Origin: Vitrella brassicaformis CCMP3155
Lineage: Eukaryota > Protista > Chromerida
Assembly (NCBI GenBank): GCA_001179505.1
Contig: CDMY01000916.1
Span: 1 to 10,605, forward strand
Direction: 5' to 3'
Length of the DNA stretch: 10,605 nt
The notes under the pieces are model-generated. The model did not search any database. It was given only the letters and a program-made list of their open reading frames with translations, and had not been told where the DNA came from. Positions 1-8,200 of the stretch are shown here, in pieces (position 1 is the stretch's first letter; every line of letters starts with the position of its first letter). A program made the translations under genes and the position numbers.

Positions 1-189
1 TAGCAGCAAACCCTGATCGGACGCTTCTTGCCCACTGGGCGAGCCACAGCAAAAACGTCAGGCCCGGTTGCATTAAATATTTTTCCACAGATTTGCGGCT
101 TCTGAGTATTTTCCCTTCGGCTTGAGTACTTTAAAAAAGGCTGAGGGGAGGAGCCTTCAACGAGGTGGCGCGCGTAGACGCGCCCTCAC

Positions 190-1542
190 CTGGCTTGTGG
201 GGGTCGACATAACGGCTAATCAGGTCGAGCGGGCTGCGAGCGAGATCCAGGGGAGGCAGGGCCATCGGGAGGGCGACGCGACGCTGTCGGTTCTCGTCTT
301 GAAGCGTGATTGTGGTGCAACGCGACTCAAAGTTATGCATGCATGTAGCCCTCAATAAATGGTTAACGCATGTACTGTCGTTCCTCCACGAAAAAGGGAA
401 GAAAGGACTGGAGCTGTCGTGTGCATCCCCCGGCCCACCTACCGCCGGGGTTTCGAATGGATACTTAGAACAAAGGGCAACTTGTGATCAAAGACAATTA
501 TATCACATCGGCCTCCCTCACCCACTGACACCAGCCTTCTGCTTCCATTCACACATGTCTGTTTTTCCTCACTAGATCTCGTCGGTGAGCAGCTGCGGGT
601 ATCGTTGACCGACTTCATCATCACGTACAAAAGCCGCCTGAGCACTCGAATGGCACCACGCACGGATCGTTCGCATCCGTCGAGACTACCACGTCTCCGC
701 CGTCGTCAATTCGATACGTAAACTTCACACTGCTCGCCCTCTTCATATGAAACCCAGCAAGCACACTCACACACGCCCCAATATGTGCACCAATCGACAG
801 TGTACGCATCTTATCGAGCCCGGAACGCTCGACTCTATCAGGCAGCTCGAGTGTCCCGAGTCGACCCGAGGCAGCAAACTCAAGTACACTTAAGTCATCT
901 ATGAAACACGCGACAACACCAGCCCATCCAATGCTATGGGTAAAAGCAAGAATGAAAAGGTCATTCGCTTACATCTCCGGTTTCAGTAGCAAAGTCGATC
1001 GTCGGAACTGCCGGGTACTGATTCCCTTTGAAATCCGAGAGAAAACAGGTACACCTTCAGGCATTAACACACAAAGAACCCATAACAATGGCGCACAATA
1101 ACACACAAAGAACCCATAACAATGGCGCACAATCCTCTCCCTGAGTTCCCTCAGTACTCGCCGCTCACTTTATGCGGCCAGCGTGCAGTGGTACGGCACC
1201 TCCGTCTTCGCCTCGCTGCTGCTGATGCTCTTCAACTTTCTCTTCATGTCGTCGGTAGCCTCGCTGAGCAACATTTGGAAAAGCATCTCGCGCCATCTTG
1301 AATCTGGTCGCCTTATAGGATTGGCGGATAGTGTGGAAGATGGTCCACATGATTTTCCGCATCTCTTCACCTTCACTGTCCTTGCCGTCTTTGAGTGTCT
1401 CCGAGATGGCCTCACGAAGCTTCTCAGTGTCTTTGACAATAATCTTGATGAGGTCTTGAACAGACTTGATCGTCTTGAATTGTCTGGCCATGTCTTGGCC
1501 TGTGGGGGCGGTGTCATTGTCGGCAGTGCCGACACTGCTCCC
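190..1542 (-). CDS. Partial multi-exon hypothetical protein; main exon is charged and helical
   Basis: Exon 1542-1169 (acceptor cttctgcag, donor gtgagc) reads GSSVG...KLREAISETLKDGKDSEGEEMRKIMWTIFHTIRQSYKATRFKMARDAFPNVAQRGY...GRIK. Phase-compatible candidate exons are 738-629 (ASSVKFTYRIDDGGDVVVSTDANDPCVVPFECSGGF, donor gtacgt, weak acceptor) and 297-190 (donor gtgagg). No family recognised; the start was not located and the gene probably runs off the left edge. Confidence 0.4.
1065..1132. repeat. Perfect 34-bp two-copy tandem duplication
   Basis: taacacacaaagaacccataacaatggcgcacaa at 1065-1098 and 1099-1132. Confidence 0.95.
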
Positions 1543-1940
1543 CTGCAGAAGATGGCGGGGGGAGGGCTCCGAACTGCTCAAAAGGCAAGATGCTGACACA
1601 CAACATCGCGGAGACTCGCACCATCACCAACCTCCGCTCGTAGACAGACCATAACACACTTTATTGTTCCCGCAAGTGTGCTGCGGACAGCGTCGTCTTG
1701 TCAGAACCCTGGGGGCGGGGGAGTCAAGAAACGGATGAAGATAAAGATCACTAATCCGATTCGTCACCAATCACACAGATCACTTTCTTTCAATCAGATT
1801 GAAGCAGTCAGGTCTCAAACGGCCTTGGCCTGCCTCAGCTTGGCGTACACGTCTTGCGGCCTCTCTTGCGAGGCCGTGACCACCACCCCACACACCTCAA
1901 ACTAACAGACTCTTAAGCTTCCGAAACAAACACGCGGACT

Positions 1941-3026
1941 CTACTCGCTCTGCTCTCCTTTGTCGTCGTTCTCCGCATTCTCGTTGCGTAAGCAGATGAC
2001 TTTGTCGCCTTCGGCGTCGTTAAAGTCTGATGAGGAATAAAGAAGTTAGGCAAAAAGCAGTGACATGTATTCAGCCTCTTTGTGGCCAGTTGCTCGCCTT
2101 GGATCTGTGCCATTTGTTTGTCCTTGTCGAGGTCATCCCGGAGAAGGAATATGTCAGCCCCCGGCCCTCCCATCATCGTGTCATCGAAATCTCCATCCAT
2201 GTCGATTATCAAGTCGTCGCCTGGCAGCGACAGACACGGTGATAAATAATTTGAACTGCACAAGTGCGCTCATACGTGGACCCCCTTTGACACGATCGGT
2301 GCCGGTTTCACCGGACAGGTTGTCGTCACCTGGACCGCCATCCTGCATCCATCAGTGGGAGACAGCTCAGAGCTTGTGCGACTGCAGGTGATATGCTTTG
2401 GTCTGCCTCCTCACCAAAAAGTCATCGCCATTGTCGGCATTCATAAAGTCCTTTCCGTCTCCCCCAAACAGACGATCGTCCTGAAGACAAGATGGCCAAC
2501 AAGGAGGGATACAAGCACCGCTGACACACCAGCAGTGACCGTGTGGCTTACACCAGACTGTCCAGTGACTTCATCGTCGCCCGCTCCGCCTAGGTGAAAC
2601 ACAGCCAGATGGGCACAACGGCATTGGGCAATAGGAAGCGCCTACCGTCGACTGTATTGTCACCGGCCTGGCCCCGACACTCCCCTAGCTTACGTCATTT
2701 CCCTCGCCTCCAAATATCGTATCATCCCCGTTCTTGCCTCTCACGAGATCATCCCCGCCGAGCGCATACATGGTGTCCGCCAGGTCGGTCCCCTCGAAAG
2801 CTTTGTTCCGGGGATAGCCGCCTTTCGAAGCTTCGCCGTCGTCCCCCTCAGTCCCAACGAGGGGCGGCGCAGTGGTCACTCCCTGGAGGCGCCGACGGAG
2901 CGACGGGTTGCAGCTGCAGGGAATCGCCAATGCCCCCGCCACACCTGCCAATGCAAGTCTCAAATCCGAGGCAAAATGACCTTGTCGACGATCATTCTTA
3001 CACAGCCAAATCAGCCCAAAGTGCAT
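1941..3026 (-). CDS. Secreted RTX/hemolysin-type calcium-binding repeat (beta-roll) protein, about 225 aa, 8 exons
   Basis: Exons 3026-3002, 2944-2694, 2667-2646, 2589-2552, 2480-2415, 2342-2276, 2220-2098 and 2026-1941 total 678 nt and stay in phase. They give a signal-peptide-like MHFGLIWLCVAGALA, an RRLQ motif, tandem nonapeptides (GKNGDDTIF GGEGND.. GGAGDDEVT GQSGDDRLF GGDGKDFMN ADNGDDFLD GGPGDDNLS GETGTDRVK GGPRDDLII .. GGPGADIFL) and a terminal IQDFNDAEGDKVICL motif. The junction at 2668-2693 and the exact C-terminus are uncertain. Confidence 0.85.
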
Positions 3027-3190
3027 CTTTTGCTCCGATCCCTCTTTCTTCGTATATAGATGACATAGATAGTAAATGAAAAGCCCTCCGCGTTGTTGAC
3101 AGCGTTAGCCGTTGGAAAAATAGAGTGCAGCCACGTTCACTGACGTGTGGAGCCTGTCGATAATGTGACGACTCGACATGCCATTTTTGT

Positions 3191-3938
3191 CTAGAGACGG
3201 ATTGGCTGGTATCTGGGGACGAAAGAGGAATGATTTGACACGACAAGTAAGGCGCCCAGCAAGCTGAGCGCGATGCACGACCCCCCAAGTGATTGAGGTG
3301 ATTGCGCGTTTGACGGAGAATGCGGATGTGTCCAACGAAGACGTCCATCACACCATTCATGCGATGAGTAAAAGGACACATGTGCTCACTCAGCATTTGC
3401 ATGCATGTCCTTCTCCCTTTTGTAGCTGTGTGTCATGAGAGATAGGTACGAAGACGAAGAGACAGAGAATACCGCACAGGTAAGCAGAAGACGCACACCA
3501 CAAATCATGAAGGGACGGCAGGTATTGTGCAGTGAGGATGAAATACACAAATCATGAACCATGCAGGGCGGATCACGAGGAGGACGGACAAACGAGCGCA
3601 GATCAACAAACATGTGCAGATAGCTTCTCTCAACGAAAAATGACCAATGAGAGGAGTGTGCCTTCTTGATCTCGAGCCTATTGGCACGAAAGCCGATTGG
3701 TCCACGCTATTGAGGTGCTTGCCCAGAGCCTTGACGACAGCAGCCCATCGTTGGACGGCGTCCTTGTCGTTTGTGTCAATGACGTCTCCAAACTCTGCAG
3801 ACACAGATGAGAGAGGCGTCGTTGTGTGGGAGATGTGTGTGTGTGTGTGTGTGTGTGTGTGGCGTGTGTAGCACGTGGTACCTCACCTGATGCAATACAA
3901 GCGACTTGCGCTCCAAAGCTGGTCCTGCCCCCGCAAAG
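3191..3938 (-). CDS. Partial multi-exon hypothetical protein; upstream exons may lie at about 4290-4740
   Basis: Exon 3938-3887 (donor gtgagg) splices in phase across a 92-nt (CA)n intron to an exon starting at 3794 (acceptor tgtctgcag), giving LCGGRTSFGAQVACIASEFGDVIDTNDKDAVQRWAAVVKALGKHLNSVDQSAFVPI. Later candidate exons (YKREKDMHANA, YQPIRL*) are tentative. No family recognised. Confidence 0.35.
3834..3861. repeat. (TG)14 microsatellite
   Basis: Uninterrupted TG dinucleotide run inside the predicted intron 3795-3886. Confidence 0.95.
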
Positions 3939-4291
3939 CTAGCATGTCTGCCCGTGGGGCCAGCCCTGCAGGTGGATGTCCAGCCCTGCCGTCACAAGGC
4001 CAGCCCTGCAGTCAGAAGGCTAGCCTTGCAGCCATAGGGCCAGCCCTGCAGCCACAGGGCCAGCCCTGCAGCCACAGGGCTAGCCTCTGCGGGACGATTT
4101 AAGTGCTTCTGGAGGGTTTTGACTCACTGCAGGGCTGGCCCTGTGGTTGCAGGGCTGGCCCTATGGCTGCAAGGCTAGCCTTCTGACTGCAGGGCTGGCC
4201 TTGTGACGGCAGGGCTGGACATCCACCTGCAGGGCTGGCTCCACGGGCAGACATGCTAGCTTTGCGTTTGGAGCGCAAGTCGCTTGTATTG
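3893..4291. repeat. Long inverted repeat (foldback): arms 3893-4071 and 4127-4291, 55-nt spacer
   Basis: Base-by-base pairing gives 165 paired positions with 2 mismatches (3958/4240 and 4051/4147) plus a 14-nt segment (3918-3931) present only in the left arm. Confidence 0.95.
3961..4090 (+). repeat. 20-bp minisatellite, about 6.5 copies, consensus CAGCCCTGCAGCCACAGGGC; mirrored in the right arm at 4127-4237
   Basis: Units start at 3961, 3981, 4001, 4021, 4041 and 4061, with a partial unit at 4081. The CAGCCCTGCA half is conserved and the second half varies. Confidence 0.9.
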
Positions 4292-4818
4292 TGTCGATTC
4301 GCGCTGGCGACCCTGGCGGCCGTCGCTGTCGGGCAGTTCTGGGTGACTGTCTGCTAAGGAACACACTCACGCACAGGCACATGACTGCTGAGAAGTGAGT
4401 ACGTAGCTTTCTCCTCTTACGGCCAGGGCTTTGCTGTCGTGCTCCTGTGGCATTACTGAGTGCTTGGAGGCCGAATCTGTCGCTGCATCCTTTCGAGTCA
4501 GGCCCCGTTGCCTTCTGCATTGTACGGCGACGGGTTTTTGCTCAGGGCATCAGCAGCGGGGATGCATCATTGGCCACAAACGATTGCCTGATAGACACAG
4601 AGTCACAGGGATAGGAACAGATGACCAGATTATGTGAACCGGGGAGTGAGGTGTGTCCGTACGAGAATGAGTACCTGTGGATGTCGGCGGGCAGCAATTG
4701 TGTGTTCTCGTCGTCGGGCGACGCCCTTGCTGTATCCGCTGCTGACAGGAAGGAGGAGAGAGGGAAAAGGAGGAGTCGCTGACGGCTGAAGAACGACTGA
4801 CTGCGAGATAGAGAGATC

Positions 4819-4914
4819 TTGGCAAGCTGAAATTCCCCTGAGCCGACTCCCCTGAGCCGACTTTGGCAAGCTGAGATTTCCCGACTTTGGCAAGTTGAGA
4901 GCCGACTTTGGCAA
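4819..4914. repeat. Nested degenerate repeat upstream of the GH3 gene
   Basis: TTGGCAA occurs 4 times (4819, 4863, 4887, 4908). CCGACTTTGGCAA occurs 3 times (4857, 4881, 4902). A perfect 14-bp tandem tcccctgagccgac lies at 4834-4847 and 4848-4861. Confidence 0.85.
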
Positions 4915-5213
4915 CCCCGGAAGGACCGTTCGGACACCCAGGAAGAAAAGTAGCCTAGAGCACTCCCCCAGCTGGTGATTTTGGGGGGTCGTGAACACAA
5001 ACATGAACGCTCGGCTTTCCGCCAGCCGGCATTTCCAGTGAAAAATTAGAAGCAGAGGAGAACATAAAAGCTCCAGATGTGGCCTACATTATCCATGCCG
5101 TTGGTCTGCACGCTAGGAGACCGTTCGGGACTCGCGAAGCGTGCGAGCGTGGCACTATATTAGAAACGGACTTTTTGTCGGAGTGAAACGGACTTCTAGC
5201 TGCGTGCGCTCGT

Positions 5214-8200
5214 ATGATCACACTGCTGCTGTTTTGCGTTCTCGTAGGCCACGTGTGGCTTCTCCGCCGCCCTCTGGCGTCTCCCTCTTGTCCGGCCCTT
5301 CTGACATACAGATTCCATCGGCAAAACGCTCTTAAAAAAGTGTGCATATTTGTTGCCCGGAAATTTCCTATGCTCTCCATCTGGCCGATCGCCTCCCAGT
5401 ACTGGGGGCCCCTCCCGCGTGTAACAGTCCGTCGACACGCGTTCCCATCATGGGTCGACAAGCTGACCGACATTCAACATGATAAGCAAGAGAGCAATCT
5501 CGCTACATCAGGGCCAAAATATTGCACCTCGGACGGACAGCGAAGCACAGAAGGCGGGACAGAGGAGCTGATCGGGGGCTGGTATGTGACATCAGGAACA
5601 TTTCGAAAGATAACAGTGTGATTATGATTTGTTTTGTGGATGGCAGTATCGCTCGGGGGTGCCACTACTATGCCACGCGTATCGATGTTATCAGTCTGGG
5701 ATCTGTTGCGACGCCATTCAGGTGCCAGGCCCTATGTCAGCAATACGAGGCCTGCATCGTCTTTAGCTACGACTACAGCACGCAGCTATGCACTCTGCAT
5801 GCTACCGAAGAGAAAAAGACCACTGGCCTCACCCCAGACGAACTGTGTGGGCCAAGGTCAGTGCGTACATGCTGATACATGTGTGCATCGATTGTGTGGA
5901 TGTAGGTCGTGTGGTCTGTGGCCCGACCCACCCAAAGTGAGAGGGTCCGTGGCCGAGTCCTTGAAGCTGAGCGCCCCCATGGAGGACTAATATCGATGGT
6001 CTGCTGGCCAAGATGTTTAACTCGGAGAAAGTCAGCCAGATGATCATCAGCACTGACCCTGTCGGCGAGGGGCCCACATCACTTGAGAAGTACAATGTCA
6101 ACGTGTTGTGGCCGCTTAAAGAGGAAGATGCCACGGTCGTTCAAGAAACGACAAAGAACCATTACACTCGATGCGACGCAAAAAGGGCCGTCGCTTGGGC
6201 ATTCCGTCCATTACTGCTGTAGATGCTGTCCACGACCTGAACACTATTCCGAGGCCACCATGTTCCCCCATAACATCGGCCTGGGATGCGCCAGCGATCC
6301 AGACCTCATGCGACGAATCGGTGCATGCAGCGAGAAAGACAGAAAGACGCGGGGATCACAATCTTTCTCTACGTGTTCTTAGGTCGTGTGACTGCTCTGG
6401 AGCTGCGCGCCGTGGGCTTCACATGGAATTTGGCCCCTATCACCGCCGTCTCCACTGACTATAGGTGGGGTAGGACCTATGAGTTATCTGGACGGCTGAC
6501 CTTGTTGAGGTCCAGATAACACAATCGACAGCGCACATACAAAGTCCTCCATGTCGATGCTTTGGCTTGTCACGTACTCGATGGCTCAGGCGTACATAAA
6601 CGGCCTGCAAGAGGGCGCGGGGACCGACACTGGTGTGGCAGTCATGTGGAAGCATTTCTTGGGTGACGGCGGTGAGACACGAATACACGTACCGCCATAG
6701 AACACATGAATTGATGGATATGTGCAGGTACACTCGGCGGTGTCCTCGACGGCGACACCCAAATGGGGGAGGACGAGCTAATCGGAGTCCACTTCAGACC
6801 CTTCATAGGGTGTTTTAAAGCGAGTATTCCACAGGTTTCTTTGACCAAAGCATGTGTGCCTGCCTTCTCGCCTGACAGAGGTGATGAGCATGTGTGCCTG
6901 CCTTCTCGCCTGACAGAGGTGATGAGCACGATGCCTTCATTCAACGAGATCAACGGCATAGAGATGCACCAGTATTACCACTACCTGACGGAGATCCTCA
7001 AGGACCACTTTGGCTTCGATGGGGTTGTCATGAGCGACTGGAACGCGCACGCACACATACCTTCATGCACATCCGATAGCTGCCCACAAGGGATCAACAC
7101 GGGGGTACAACATACGTATAGCATTCATGCGTATCAAATGTATGTATGTCTGCTGCCTGTCAGATCGACATGTTTCTGATCTCCACAGTGGGTGGCGAGC
7201 ACTACCCCAAGTTTATCGAGAACACCCTCCAGGCCGCCAGAAACGGCACCATGCCGCAGTGGCGCATCGACGACGCCGCCAGACGAGTGCTGCGCCTCAA
7301 GGCCCGACTAGGCATGATCGGACCGGGCGTTGACGCACTGGAAAGGATAGGCCGCGTCAACATACCACTATCGGCAGCCCAGAGCACACGGCGGTTGCCA
7401 GAGAAGCCGTGCAAGAATCGGCGGTGCTGCTCAAGGTGACTCGAAGTGAGTCAGGAGACATGATGAGAATGCGTTATTTGTGCGGGATGTGGTGTGAGCA
7501 GAACAATGGCGGTGTGTTGCCGCTGAAGCCACGGCCCGCATGAGGGTGTTGGTGATGGGCAAAGCACGATGGACGTATCTCGCTTGTGGGGGATGGACCA
7601 TGGGCTGGCAAGGACAAAGTGAGCTCACAAACTACACATCAACAAGGCAGCCCTGGAGGGTGTTTTCACTTTATCCAGCCAACGACGGCGCCTTTGATAA
7701 GGTGGACAATACCATAAGCTTACTCAAAGGCCTCCAGGAGCACAGCAAGAACCACAAATACACAGTGGTCGACGACGAGGAAGGCAAAGGCCTGCGGAAC
7801 AGCGGCTACGACGTCATTATTAATGTATTATTCATGTTATCGCCGAGGACCCCTACGCCGAGATCCATGGTGACTTTGACGATGGGGAAAACCTCATGCA
7901 CCATCGAAACCAGTACGCACATATTTTTAGCCATGTAGCGGTTGATGAGCCGTATTCTGGGTTGCGCGTGAAGCAGATCCAGATCCGGCAGGCACACGTA
8001 CCCGGAGGACTTTGTGCGGCTCAAGAATGGCCGCGACAACGTACGCACGGCCCCAATAATTACCATTTTGTACTCAAGCAGGCCGCTCTACGTCAACGCA
8101 GAAATAAACCTCTCGGAAGCCTTCATCCCGGCCTGGCTGCCATGCAAACAGGCCGGCCGTGGCCTCACCGACCTTCTTTTTGGAAACGTGGACTTCACAG

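Noticed and set aside
1818-1901. Extra terminal exon for the RTX gene (FEVCGVVVTASQERPQDVYAKLRQAKAV*)
   Set aside because: It reads like protein and is in the same frame, but it needs a phase-0 donor and only a weak one (gtcatc) exists; the in-frame TAG at 1943-1941 was preferred.
2594-3079. 161-aa plus-strand ORF over the RTX gene
   Set aside because: Pro/Arg/Ser-rich antisense shadow of GC-rich exons; the minus strand carries the repeat motifs and splice signals.
3961-4237. 20-bp periodic array as a CRISPR array
   Set aside because: Units are contiguous with no unique 25-45 nt spacers, the array is mirrored as an inverted repeat, the context is eukaryotic, and no cas genes are seen.
3958-4240. 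Both hairpin mismatches are G-T (G-U wobble on the plus-strand RNA), suggesting selection for RNA structure
   Set aside because: Only two events, and any transition gives G-T on one strand, so this is easily chance.
3875-4520. ORFs 3875-4102 (+) and 4161-4520 (-) as genes
   Set aside because: They are largely translations of the GC-rich minisatellite and of likely intronic sequence, with no recognisable domain.
4542-5004. Three overlapping minus-strand ORFs as one gene
   Set aside because: A clean-looking intron (4674-4588) exists, but all three frames stop soon after it and the 5' part is repeat and pyrimidine tract; it may be UTR or degenerate exons.
336-6329. TGCATGCA (ApiAP2-type motif) at 336, 3398 and 6322
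   Set aside because: The copies sit in predicted introns or an exon rather than clustering upstream of starts, and fit the TG/CA-rich low-complexity background.
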